A stretch of 64,000 bases of DNA from Flavobacterium sp. (GCA_041917555.1 JAYRXL010000059.1:132504-196503), one strand, 5' to 3'; shown: positions 19,904 to 29,660, counted from the first letter of the stretch. Numbers and translations are program-made. The notes: a model not told the origin generated them from the letters alone.

Positions 19904-21170
19904 TAGCAAGTGTTTTAGATATATTTAAATTATACGCTTTTACTGCCGGAATCAAGGCTGCCAAAACTCCAATAGCCAGAGTGGCTCCTAAAAGCCAACC
20001 TTCTTTATTACCAACAATTTCCCAAGGGTTAAAACCCATTTTAAAATCGTCTTCGGCGGCATTTGAAATCCAGCTCAGTGCAAATCTACCAAAAACTGTT
20101 CCAATAAGATAACCGAAAAAGCACAAAAACAAACTTTCCAGGAGTACCAAAACCAACAATTGAATTCGCCCGGCGCCATTAACGCGTAAAAGTGCAAACT
20201 CGTATTTTCGTTCTTTTAATCGGTTATATAAAGCAATAAAAATAGAAATCCCGGAAATCAGCATAATGGCGTAAGCTAAATATTTCAAGGCCGAAATCCC
20301 AATCCCAAACATCGAAAACAATCGGTTCACTTCGATCGCGGGAGAAGCTGCCTGCATTTTGGTATTTTGAGCGATAATACGAGGCCACATTACAATTCCC
20401 ATTTTGTTTCTAAACTTCAACAAAACGGCTGTGATCTCCATTCCTTTTTGATCCAGAGTCATATCGGGAACCACATGCTCGTGTTCGTGCTCATCCCCTT
20501 CACCATGAACATGACCCGGTTCACCATGTGGCGGGTTTTCTGAAGTAGCTTCATCGTGTCCGGCATGCATCTGCCAAACACTGGGAATATTGGATAAAAT
20601 TAAATTATCAATTACTTTACCGGTGGGAGTCAAAATTCCTGAAACTTTGTAATGGTAATGCTCGTGCTTTTCGCCTTCTTCTGCATCGCCGTGCGTTCCT
20701 AAAAAAGTATCGCCTACTTTTACTTGTAACTTAACGGCAGCTTCGCTCCCAACCACTACATCAAAATTGCGACCGAATATTTTCCCGACAGCTAATTTGG
20801 CGTTGTACTTGTCGAGGTAATCATTGGTTGTTCCCACAATTTTAAAACCGCGGTAATTGTCTCCAAAAGCCAATGGAATTGCTTTTTCAATAAAAGGATG
20901 GTTCATCCATACTTTAGCTGAATCATAGCTGATATTTCCGGTTGGATTGTCAATGTGATAGACTGACGATAAAATGAGTTGCATCGGACTTCCTTGTGCT
21001 CCCAAAACCAAATCGACATTATCAATATTACTGGAAAATTTTTCCTCAAATTGTTTATCCAATAAAATTAAAACCGTAATAATTGCAACTCCCGAAGCCA
21101 GTAAAATAAGACTAAGTAAGGTATTGAGCGGTTTGAACCAAATGTTTTTCCAAGCTAATTTCCCTATCAT
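19896..21170 (-). CDS. FtsX/MacB-type ABC permease with His-rich periplasmic segments
   Basis: LVLGAQGSPMQLILSSVYH; ERKYEFALLRVNGA; His-rich insert. Confidence 0.88.
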   Translation of the reverse strand: MIGKLAWKNIWFKPLNTLLSLILLASGVAIITVLILLDKQFEEKFSSNIDNVDLVLGAQGSPMQLILSSVYHIDNPTGNISYDSAKVWMNHPFIEKAIPLAFGDNYRGFKIVGTTNDYLDKYNAKLAVGKIFGRNFDVVVGSEAAVKLQVKVGDTFLGTHGDAEEGEKHEHYHYKVSGILTPTGKVIDNLILSNIPSVWQMHAGHDEATSENPPHGEPGHVHGEGDEHEHEHVVPDMTLDQKGMEITAVLLKFRNKMGIVMWPRIIAQNTKMQAASPAIEVNRLFSMFGIGISALKYLAYAIMLISGISIFIALYNRLKERKYEFALLRVNGAGRIQLLVLVLLESLFLCFFGYLIGTVFGRFALSWISNAAEDDFKMGFNPWEIVGNKEGWLLGATLAIGVLAALIPAVKAYNLNISKTLANA

Positions 21171-21796
21171 ATCAATTGAATTTGGTTCTCAAATCTGTTT
21201 TTTAAACGTTGATCGTGTGTAACAATCACCAATGCAGCGCCATATTCTTTTGACAAATCTTCCAACAATCCGGCGACAACGATTGCATTTTCATCATCTA
21301 AACTTGAAGTTGGTTCATCAGCCAAAAGCAACTTGGGCTCGTTGATCAAGGCACGTGCTATTGACACACGCTGTTGTTGTCCGATACTCAGTTGCGAAGT
21401 GCGTTTGTGTTTCTGCTCGTGTAATCCTAACTCATCGAGGAGTTTCATGGCTTTGGAAACCGCTTTATTTCCGGTTGCTAACCAAGAAGCCATAACAATA
21501 TTATCCAATACTGATAATGAAGCTATAAAATGGGATTGCTGTAAAATTAACCCAATGTTTTTTCCGCGAAAATGATCGAGTTTACGCTCGGAGAGGGAGG
21601 ATAACGTAGTGTCGCCCACCATAATCGTACCCGAATCGGGTTTTAAAATCCCTGCTAAAAGATGTAAAAGTGTGGTTTTGCCTTTTCCCGACTGTCCTGT
21701 TATGAGTAGGGTTTTACCCTTATCGCAAGAAAAATCAGGGAAAGTAAAATACTGTTCCGAATTATAGTGAAATTTAAGATCTTGAACCGAAATCAT
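21167..21796 (-). CDS. ABC transporter ATP-binding protein
   Basis: GQSGKGKTT; LSIGQQQRV; ADEPT; VTHD. Confidence 0.93.
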   Translation of the reverse strand: MISVQDLKFHYNSEQYFTFPDFSCDKGKTLLITGQSGKGKTTLLHLLAGILKPDSGTIMVGDTTLSSLSERKLDHFRGKNIGLILQQSHFIASLSVLDNIVMASWLATGNKAVSKAMKLLDELGLHEQKHKRTSQLSIGQQQRVSIARALINEPKLLLADEPTSSLDDENAIVVAGLLEDLSKEYGAALVIVTHDQRLKNRFENQIQLI

Positions 21797-21969
21797 AATG
21801 CGCAAATATCGCGCAATTTAACAAAATACTCTGTGCAATTTTCTTACTGTTTTCTTAAAACGTATGTTCGCTGTGCTTTTTCTTAAAAGCGCATGGTTAT
21901 GAGGCTAATTTTTGAGAAAGAACAGTTTATCAAGAAAAAATGTATTAAATTCTTAAATTGAGTAAACGA

Positions 21970-22653
21970 TTAAAAAATACCTTCATCACAAAAACTCAAA
22001 TACGCTGTTTCGGTGATGATGATATGGTCCAACACCTGAATATCCAATTGTTCGCCGGCCAATTTGATTTTTTTGGTAATATCTCGATCGGCATCGCTTG
22101 CCTGCAACTTGCCCGAGGGGTGGTTATGGCACAATATAACCGAAGTGGCATGATGTTCCAGTGCATTTTTAAAAAGTAGGCGCACATCGACCAAGGTTCC
22201 TGTTATTCCGCCTTTTGAAAGCTGCGCTTTATGAATAACTTTATTGGAATTATTAAGGTAGAGTACCCAAAATTCTTCGTGCCGCAATTCGCCCAAAATG
22301 GGTTGCATCAGTTCAAAAACCGACCTGCTTGAAACTATTTTGTGTGTTTCCGGAGAATCGGACAAACGGCGGCGGCGTCCTAATTCCATAGCGGCTGCAA
22401 TGGTAAGTGCTTTCGCCTCTCCTATTCCTTTAAATTCGGTAAGTTGGTGAACGGATAATTTGCCCAAATGGTTCAGGTTATTTTCAACAGAGGCTAAAAT
22501 GCGTTGACACAGTGCGACAGCGCTTTCGTTGCGCGAACCGGAACCAATCAATATCGCAAGTAACTCGGAATCAGACAGGGCGGCTTTCCCTTTGAGGAGC
22601 ATTTTTTCGCGTGGGCGATCGTCTTCGGCCCAGCGGTTTATTGGCGTATACAT
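21970..22653 (-). CDS. radC: RadC/JAB domain protein (likely start MYTPINRW)
   Basis: DRPREK; GIGEAKA; HEEFW; HNHPSG...S.AD; VLDHII. Confidence 0.93.
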   Translation of the reverse strand: MYTPINRWAEDDRPREKMLLKGKAALSDSELLAILIGSGSRNESAVALCQRILASVENNLNHLGKLSVHQLTEFKGIGEAKALTIAAAMELGRRRRLSDSPETHKIVSSRSVFELMQPILGELRHEEFWVLYLNNSNKVIHKAQLSKGGITGTLVDVRLLFKNALEHHATSVILCHNHPSGKLQASDADRDITKKIKLAGEQLDIQVLDHIIITETAYLSFCDEGIF

Positions 22654-22782
22654 AATTTTATGGCTTTTAGAGAAAACAAATGAACAAAAAAAAGTTTGTT
22701 TTTCAAAAAGGGAATCGTGCATGGCGTCATAACCTAACAATAATCAATGTAATTTATACGTTGTGTAAAGAGAATCGTTGAA

Positions 22783-23181
22783 ATGATGAGCATGAAATTT
22801 GCAATAACATTTTTGGTTACAAGTTTACTTTTGGCGGGTTGTGCTTCCACAAAACCCAAAGAAGGACAAACTATTTATACCAACACCGGTGGGTTGCACT
22901 TGCTTTTTGATTTTAGTAAAAAGGAAAGCGGTTGGCTTTTTATTAACGGAAAGCAAGATTCGATTCCGTTTAGTTATACCTTAACATCGCAAAAGTTGCG
23001 CGCCACTGATGCGGAAAAAGACAAGGAAAAACAACTGACTTTATACCGTTATCAGGTAGTGTATCAAGGAAATAAAGCAGTTCGATATAAAATTTTGAAA
23101 AAGTTTGAAACACTGGTTACCTATGAGCCGGCCAAATTAGTGCGTTATGAACCAAAATTGGCAGCCAAGCCCCGACAGTAG
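22783..23181 (+). CDS. Hypothetical lipoprotein
   Basis: Lipobox LAGC; C-terminus runs into an intergenic repeat. Confidence 0.7.
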   Translation: MMSMKFAITFLVTSLLLAGCASTKPKEGQTIYTNTGGLHLLFDFSKKESGWLFINGKQDSIPFSYTLTSQKLRATDAEKDKEKQLTLYRYQVVYQGNKAVRYKILKKFETLVTYEPAKLVRYEPKLAAKPRQ

Positions 23182-23315
23182 CGGATAGCCCGGAGGTGTT
23201 TTGGGTTCTTTTTGGGGATTTGTGCAGTGCGACAAAAGAAGCGCCTGCAGAAAGCCCTACAAAAACAGCCAAAACAGCGAGGACTAGGAGCGAATGGCGG
23301 GAAAAGCTGCCTAAA
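23158..23315. repeat. Long imperfect palindromic intergenic element
   Basis: ttggcagc...gctgcctaa ends; internal arms tgttttgggttctttttggggattt / aaagccctacaaaaacagccaaaaca; agcggatagcccg motif. Confidence 0.6.
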
Positions 23316-23326
23316 AACATAAAAAA

Positions 23327-23968
23327 ATGAAAAACCTACTATTTTTTGTTACTGTATTTTTGCTTTTGAGTTGTAAAGAAAACTCTGAAAAAGAAGAAAT
23401 TTTCATTCAGGAGCCGGTGGTTCAGCCGATTGCGCAGCCTAAAACTTTTGAAGAAAAGTTATCGAATGCGGCTTTGAAAATTATTAATCCGGATGTGGTT
23501 TATGATCCGGCCTATGTGAGCATTCCTTATCCGAATGGCGATGTAGCGGCGAACAAAGGTGTTTGTACGGATGTAGTTATTCGGGCTTATCGGAAATTAG
23601 GCATTGATTTACAAAAAGAAGTTCACGAGGATATGGTGATGCATTTTAACTTGTATCCCAATCAAAAACGTTGGGGGTTAAAGTCGACCGACACCAATAT
23701 AGACCACCGCAGGGTTCCGAATTTGGAGGTGTTTTTTGGTCGAAAAGGGCAAAAACTGGCTGTGAGCAATGAGGCAAGTGAGTACAAAACCGGTGAAATT
23801 GTTACGTGGTTAATCAACGGCAAGTTACCTCATATTGGGATTGTTACCCATTTAAAATCGGATGATGGCAAACGTCCGTTGTTGGTTCACAATGTGGGGG
23901 GCGGGCAAGTTTTGGAAGATTGCTTGTTTGATTATACCCTTGTGGGGCATTTCAAATATGGCAAATAG
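23327..23968 (+). CDS. DUF1287 (YijF-like) lipoprotein
   Basis: Lipobox LLSC; YDPAYVSIPYPNGDV; GVCTDVVIRAYR; DTNIDHRRVPNL; PHIGIV. Confidence 0.88.
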   Translation: MKNLLFFVTVFLLLSCKENSEKEEIFIQEPVVQPIAQPKTFEEKLSNAALKIINPDVVYDPAYVSIPYPNGDVAANKGVCTDVVIRAYRKLGIDLQKEVHEDMVMHFNLYPNQKRWGLKSTDTNIDHRRVPNLEVFFGRKGQKLAVSNEASEYKTGEIVTWLINGKLPHIGIVTHLKSDDGKRPLLVHNVGGGQVLEDCLFDYTLVGHFKYGK

Positions 23969-24026
23969 CGTGTGTTCGAAAAGGAGCAAGTCCATTTCAA
24001 TCTTCAAAATTGATGTAACGTAAAAT

Positions 24027-25382
24027 TTACATTATCAATCCTTTAACCTCTTCAAAATCGAGTCCGCCATAGTTCCCTGAGCTCATGAGTAATAAGGACG
24101 TATTTTCAAAGTTGTAGCCAAACAAAAATGCTTTAAATTCGGCCGGATTGGTGAAAATAATCAAGTCGTCGCGTTTGAAAGAAGCAGCAATTTGTTCGTA
24201 GGTAACTTCTTCGAGTTGCTTTATTTTAACGGCATCGGGCGAATAGAAAACTACGGCTATATCTGCCGCATCCAGCGCTCCTTGGTATTCTTTAAGAAAT
24301 TCGGCATTAAGGCTGCTGTAGGTATGTAATTCCAAACAAGCTATCAATTTACGATCAGGGTATTGCCCTTTAACAGCTTGGGTTGTTGCGGTTACTTTGC
24401 TTGGTGAATGCGCAAAATCCTTGTAGGCGACTTTTGTAGCACTTTCGGCAATTTTTTCCAAGCGTTTGGATGCTCCCTTGAATGTAGCGATGGCTTCATA
24501 GAAGTCGGCTTCATCCACACCCATACATTGGCAAACCCATTTGGCACCAGCCAAATTATTCAAATTATGCGCTCCAAAAACCTCAATAGGCATGGCACCT
24601 TCGGGAGTATCTAAAAGAGTGGTTCCGTTTTGGACTGTGTAGGCCGGAGTTGTGTATGGAATTTTGCGAATTGCATTTTCCGAATTTTCGGCGACTTTTT
24701 TAACTGTGTCATCTTCTTCATTGTAAATTAAAATACCGCCATTGGTAATTTGGTCAACAAAAATTTCAAATTGCGCTACATAATTTTCGAAGGTTGGAAA
24801 CACATTGATATGATCCCAGGCTATACCCGAAAGTAAGGCAATATTAGGCTGGTACAGATGGAACTTAGGACGACGATCGGTTGGCGACGATAAATATTCA
24901 TCGCCTTCCAAAACGATAAATTCGTTGGTTTCGGTTAAGTGAACCATCGTATCAAAACCTTCCAATTGTGCTCCCACCATGTAATCGACCTCAATATTGT
25001 GGTAGTGCATCACATGCAAAATCATGGACGTAATGGTAGTTTTGCCATGGGATCCGCCGATGACCACACGTGTTTTGGTTTTGGACTGTTCATATAAATA
25101 TTCCGGATAGGAGAAAATTTTCAAGCCCAATTCTTGTGCACGCAACAATTCGGGATTATCCGGTTTTGCGTGCATGCCCAGAATAACGGCTTCTATTTGA
25201 GTAGTGATTTTCTCAGGAAACCATCCTAAGGCTTTAGGGAGTAAGCCGTGTCGCTCCAATCGAGAACGAGAGGGTTCAAAAATAGCATCGTCACTTCCGG
25301 TTACGTTGTATCCTTTGTGGTGAAGAGCCAATGCCAAATTGTGCATTGCGGCTCCGCCTATGGCTATGAAATGTGTACGCAT
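24027..25382 (-). CDS. mpl: Murein peptide ligase (Mpl/MurC-like); start MRTHFIAIGG
   Basis: HFIAIGGAAM; GSHGKTT; EGDEY; DFAHSP; the 11-aa ORF-track extension derives from the repeat. Confidence 0.85.
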   Translation of the reverse strand: MRTHFIAIGGAAMHNLALALHHKGYNVTGSDDAIFEPSRSRLERHGLLPKALGWFPEKITTQIEAVILGMHAKPDNPELLRAQELGLKIFSYPEYLYEQSKTKTRVVIGGSHGKTTITSMILHVMHYHNIEVDYMVGAQLEGFDTMVHLTETNEFIVLEGDEYLSSPTDRRPKFHLYQPNIALLSGIAWDHINVFPTFENYVAQFEIFVDQITNGGILIYNEEDDTVKKVAENSENAIRKIPYTTPAYTVQNGTTLLDTPEGAMPIEVFGAHNLNNLAGAKWVCQCMGVDEADFYEAIATFKGASKRLEKIAESATKVAYKDFAHSPSKVTATTQAVKGQYPDRKLIACLELHTYSSLNAEFLKEYQGALDAADIAVVFYSPDAVKIKQLEEVTYEQIAASFKRDDLIIFTNPAEFKAFLFGYNFENTSLLLMSSGNYGGLDFEEVKGLIM

Positions 25383-25865
25383 TTGAAATTCCAATTTAAA
25401 AATTCCAAATCCCAATAGTTGGAATTTGGGATATGTTTTTTGTTATTTATTTTCGAATTGTTCTTTTAACTGTTTTGCCTTTGTTTTGTCTTTGATTTTA
25501 TTCAAGTAAAAATGGTATAATTTCTGAAATGTGGTTTTTGAATTCCCAATTTAAAAATTCCAAATCCCAATAGTTGGAATTTGGGATTTGTTTTTTTGTT
25601 ATTTACTTTCGAATTGTTCTTTTAATTGTTTTGCCTTTGTTTTGTCTTTGATTTTATTCAAGTAAAAATGGTATAATTTCTGAAATGTGGTTTTTGAAAT
25701 TCCAATTTAAAAATTCCAAATCCCAATAGTTGGAATTTGGGATTTGTTTTTTTGTTATTTATTTTCGAATTGTTCTTTTAATTGTTTTGCCTTTGTTTTG
25801 TCTTTGATTTTATTCAAGTAAAAATGGTATAATTTCTGAAATGTAGTTTTTGAATTTCCAATTTC
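25383..25865. repeat. Tandem triplication, 156-bp period
   Basis: gttattta(t/c)tttcg recurs at 25442, 25598 and 25754; unit is the last ~33 codons of the TPR gene plus the downstream hairpin. Confidence 0.95.
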
Positions 25866-26441
25866 GTGGGCTTTTTTGTAATTGGCTTCTGCTTTGGAAT
25901 TGCGTGAAAAATACTCATCGATATACCCTTTGGCCAAATAACCGTCAACTTTAGATAAGACCATTAATTCATCGGCGTATTTTTGAGCTTTTTTTTCGCT
26001 GCCGCCAACGATTCCCGGAAGTTCAATATAAAGCATGACCAAGGCCCAACGGGTGTCGATATGTTTGGCATCGAGTTTGGCTGCTTTTAAGAAAGCGTTT
26101 TCCACATCATCAATCATGCCTAATGCCTTAAATTTACTCACTGATTTGGCTTTCATCCCCATTGCACCGCCATATTTGTACCAATAATCGGCATTGGAGG
26201 GAAACTTATCTTTTAATTTTTTATATATCCCAAGCGCATTATCCCATTCTTTCAAATGCCCGTAGGCATCACCCAACAATTCGGTTAGCGCAGCATCATT
26301 TGGGTTTTGCTTGTAACACTGTTCAAGGTATGATTTTGCTTCGGTATATTTTTTTTGGGCAAATAACTGTTTCCCTTTTTCACATTCTTGCGAAAAAACG
26401 GAGGTGACTATAAAGAAAAATAAAACTACCGTTCGAATCAT
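25755..26441 (-). CDS. Exported tetratricopeptide-repeat protein
   Basis: Signal peptide ending VFSQ; helical TPR-like repeats. Confidence 0.8.
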   Translation of the reverse strand: MIRTVVLFFFIVTSVFSQECEKGKQLFAQKKYTEAKSYLEQCYKQNPNDAALTELLGDAYGHLKEWDNALGIYKKLKDKFPSNADYWYKYGGAMGMKAKSVSKFKALGMIDDVENAFLKAAKLDAKHIDTRWALVMLYIELPGIVGGSEKKAQKYADELMVLSKVDGYLAKGYIDEYFSRNSKAEANYKKAHEIGNSKTTFQKLYHFYLNKIKDKTKAKQLKEQFENK

Positions 26442-28669
26442 TTTTGGGCGTATTTTCTAAAATAATCACATTCGTTAATCACTTCTTGATAATACTGCGT
26501 GTGCGCAAATTTAGAAGCCAAGGTTTTATATCCATTAAACGCTATAAAATCCACTTCATAGGGTTTAAAAGCATCGGTAGCATAGAATGCATTGCGTTCA
26601 ATTTTGGTCAACATATAAACGGCTTTGGCTTGCTGTTCATCGTTAGTGGCGAAAGTTAACGCCTTTTGATAATAGTAGGCAGCTCGTTGGTCACTTTCGA
26701 GCATAGTTGACCATTTTTTGTCTATGTAATTTGTACCATATTGGTGAATAATTTCATTGTTGTAAAACAAACGGGCATTGCCATAGAACGACATATTGTA
26801 AAACGCATTTCCTACTAATATTGCCTCGTTGTATGTATCGCCGCCCCCTTTTAGGATGGTTTGAATCTCATTGAGTTTTTTGAGGAAATTGAGTTTCGAA
26901 TATTTTGTTTTTTGTTTGGCATAATGATCACAATCATTACAATCTTTTATGTTTCCGTTAAAGGGGTTCCCCAACAGGATGTCTTCTTTATTTTTTCCGC
27001 TTTGTTCCATTTCGGCAATAGCTTGCGGAATTTGATCGGCATACGCATAGCGGATTGCTTTGTATTCATGAATATCATCCAAGGTGACGGAATAGAGCGA
27101 TTTTGCGAAGTTATCCCAATCGGTTGTGTGATTTTCAGAAAGGTATTGTTGCATTTTGATCATGCATTTTTCGTCATCGTAAAAATCTTCTTTTCGCAAA
27201 AACAATTCAGAAAACACATCATTACCTTGGTTTTTGTAGAGCTTCGCGATGTAAGTTCTACTCCAATTATGCAAAAAACCGATTCGGTAGCGGCTGTCTT
27301 CCCCTTCAACTTTTGACAAATTAAAGAGCCATTGTAGTTTAGGAAGAAGTTTTGCTTCGGTAGTGGCATCCATTGTTTTTACAGAAGCAATGTCGTTAAA
27401 TACCTGAAATAATTTGAGCTGTACCTTGGTTAGTTTTGTATTGGGGATTGATTTTTCGGCTTCCGCCAAAAAATGAGCAGCGGATTGGTAATTTCCTTTT
27501 ACGGTTTCCAAATAACCCGCAGCCATATTCCACACATACGGATTTTTGGTTGTTCCGGCTTTGGCAATTCGCACCACATGCGAATAGAGTTCAGCATTAA
27601 GAGAATCGTTAGAAACTTTAGAATCAGAGCCATAATAATTCCATTCGGTAGCATTGATTTTTTCCTCGGCCAAATTCATAGCTCGGGATAGCAAATAATC
27701 CAAGTGTTGGTTTTGGGGATTCAAATCATAAACTTTTTCCAGTGCCGTAACTTCGTTGGCATAGTAACCATACAAAGCCCACAAAGCCGCTTTTTGGTCA
27801 TTGGTTTTGGCAAGAGAAAGGGACGCTTCAAAATCGCTGTCATTTTGCGGATGAAAACAATAGGTTGCTACTGTTCGCAATTTTGGACAATTATCAAAAA
27901 CCAACGCATACATGAAATTAGATTCAGCATATTGTTTGTCTTTATACATGGCACCTGCCACATAGGCTACACCTCTGTAATACGATTCATCTCGGGTTAG
28001 AGTTGATTGTGTTTTATTAAAAAATGCGATACAGCTGTTGCGTTTAACCGAATAGAAATATGATTTCATGGTAAGCAACCAGTATTTTGATTTTAGGAAA
28101 GGATCTTTGGTTATTTGGTAGATACTTTCAATCTCTTTTGCTTGGTTGAGCGACATACTGTTTTGTTCGGTCATTGCCTGCGCATCATAATCCCAATCTG
28201 CCACATTATTGGTGTAGGTTTCGAGCGAACGTGCCAAATTGATAAATAAGAAAAACTGACGAACCGAAGGGTTTTTAAGATCCAGTTTCGTGGCCCATTT
28301 CCCTTTGCCATCATTAGCTTTTATGGCTTTAATAATAGAGGCTATATCGTTCGAGGCTTTGTTGTCAAAAATATAGTATTCCAACTCTTTGTCCGAAATT
28401 TTGCTTTTCAGGTACGTTTTCCAATCGGATAAAATAGCCGATTTAAAGCGTGTGGGGTGCATTTCATCATACCAATTTTCGCCATAAAACATGTTTAAGG
28501 TATAGAATAATTGTTCGTAGGATTTGTCTTGAACAATTGCTTCGGGTGCTAAGATGGAATGCTCTTCATACCAGTCCCAATCGCCACCGGCACATAATGA
28601 AAACACAGTAGAGACTGTAACAAGTAAAGCGCTAGAAAGCAATGCAAACGGTTTTGATAAAATTGGCAT
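26438..28669 (-). CDS. Large exported alpha-helical hypothetical protein
   Basis: 743 aa; signal peptide then CAGGDW; TPR-like segments; DCNDCDH; C-terminal ECDYF. Confidence 0.8.
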   Translation of the reverse strand: MPILSKPFALLSSALLVTVSTVFSLCAGGDWDWYEEHSILAPEAIVQDKSYEQLFYTLNMFYGENWYDEMHPTRFKSAILSDWKTYLKSKISDKELEYYIFDNKASNDIASIIKAIKANDGKGKWATKLDLKNPSVRQFFLFINLARSLETYTNNVADWDYDAQAMTEQNSMSLNQAKEIESIYQITKDPFLKSKYWLLTMKSYFYSVKRNSCIAFFNKTQSTLTRDESYYRGVAYVAGAMYKDKQYAESNFMYALVFDNCPKLRTVATYCFHPQNDSDFEASLSLAKTNDQKAALWALYGYYANEVTALEKVYDLNPQNQHLDYLLSRAMNLAEEKINATEWNYYGSDSKVSNDSLNAELYSHVVRIAKAGTTKNPYVWNMAAGYLETVKGNYQSAAHFLAEAEKSIPNTKLTKVQLKLFQVFNDIASVKTMDATTEAKLLPKLQWLFNLSKVEGEDSRYRIGFLHNWSRTYIAKLYKNQGNDVFSELFLRKEDFYDDEKCMIKMQQYLSENHTTDWDNFAKSLYSVTLDDIHEYKAIRYAYADQIPQAIAEMEQSGKNKEDILLGNPFNGNIKDCNDCDHYAKQKTKYSKLNFLKKLNEIQTILKGGGDTYNEAILVGNAFYNMSFYGNARLFYNNEIIHQYGTNYIDKKWSTMLESDQRAAYYYQKALTFATNDEQQAKAVYMLTKIERNAFYATDAFKPYEVDFIAFNGYKTLASKFAHTQYYQEVINECDYFRKYAQK

Positions 28670-29627
28670 CCGAATAGTTATTTATGTTAGTGGCATCAAG
28701 GTCGAAAAACAAAACTTCAGTAGGTTTTTTGGGGAGAAAATCAGAAATTAATTCAGCCATTTCATATAAAGTTTCCTGCGAAATATGTTCCCATTTTAAT
28801 ACATCATTCTTTCTGAAAAAAAATCCTTTGTAAAAAGTATCTTCTTTAACCCTGACTACTGTTTTTTCACAGTCAAATTTAGGATTATTTTTAAAATCTG
28901 AGTGATTAATTTTCGATAATAAACCCACAACTTTTTTACCACGGGTATGGACCCACCATGAGAAAACCGGAAGAGCCGGTTTTAGCGGAAGCGGGTAATT
29001 TTTTAGGGAAGAAATGTATTTTTCAGCGATTTTTCGGTCATAGATAGAGTTTGCGCCATCGACCGATATAGTTCCCATATTGTAAAACATCAGCACGCCG
29101 TAATCGACGGGAGGCACTTTAGTAGCCTTCCAATACTTCACCTGATGAAGACGGATAGTAGCCGAGAGTTTTTTGTGACATGCCTTTTTGAGTTGGCTCA
29201 TAAAATCCATAAAGCGATCGCGGCTTTCGAGCGACCAGTCGCAATCAATTTGGATTTCGGAGGTTTGCAAGTGATTTGCTGTATCAATTTGGTTTACCAG
29301 ACGAAGCACTTTATTTTTCAGGTCAACTACATCCAAATCGGTTTTGAGAAACACCTCATTTTTTATGAATACAACCGGAATAATGGTAGTGTTTTTTGGA
29401 ACAGATTTGAAATAAACCGGCGAAATAGGCATAGGTTGGTTATTGCGTAACCCCACATCAAAGTAGCGCATGTAGAGGTTTTTGACCCCATTGGCACGAA
29501 TAAAATCCGATTCCGTTTGGGATAACGTAAAGGTTGTTTTCCAATAGTAAAACGAAGGATTCGGCACATCCTTTTTTTGGCAGGATACAACAGTAAATAA
29601 GGTAAATACTAAAAGAAGTGTTCTCAT
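28632..29627 (-). CDS. Hypothetical lipoprotein, DUF3142/GH18-like barrel candidate
   Basis: Lipobox VVSC; SFYYWK; YMRYFDV; EIQIDCDW; LMFYNMG; ALPVFSW. Confidence 0.7.
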   Translation of the reverse strand: MRTLLLVFTLFTVVSCQKKDVPNPSFYYWKTTFTLSQTESDFIRANGVKNLYMRYFDVGLRNNQPMPISPVYFKSVPKNTTIIPVVFIKNEVFLKTDLDVVDLKNKVLRLVNQIDTANHLQTSEIQIDCDWSLESRDRFMDFMSQLKKACHKKLSATIRLHQVKYWKATKVPPVDYGVLMFYNMGTISVDGANSIYDRKIAEKYISSLKNYPLPLKPALPVFSWWVHTRGKKVVGLLSKINHSDFKNNPKFDCEKTVVRVKEDTFYKGFFFRKNDVLKWEHISQETLYEMAELISDFLPKKPTEVLFFDLDATNINNYSDANFIKTVCIAF

Positions 29628-29640
29628 ACGTTTGCAGATC

Positions 29641-29648
29641 CAAAATTA
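29641..29648 (-). promoter_or_regulatory. -7 element for the three-gene operon
   Basis: TAATTTTG 13 bp upstream of ATG 29627. Confidence 0.6.
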
Positions 29649-29660
29649 GGGATAATAACC

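Noticed and set aside
21806-21969. Zur/Fur operator upstream of the ABC unit
   Set aside because: Only an imperfect actgttttcttaaaa / ttttgagaaagaacagt repeat is present; I could not match it to a known box.
21970-22653. radC as a marker of a prophage, ICE or defence island
   Set aside because: It is the full-length chromosomal type, with no integrase, att sites or mobile neighbours.
25383-25865. Possible CRISPR array (regular period, palindromic unit)
   Set aside because: The intervening sequence is repeated rather than unique, matches a gene 3' end, and no cas genes are present.
26915-26950. Heme c site in DCNDCDH
   Set aside because: The spacing is CxxCxH, not CxxCH.
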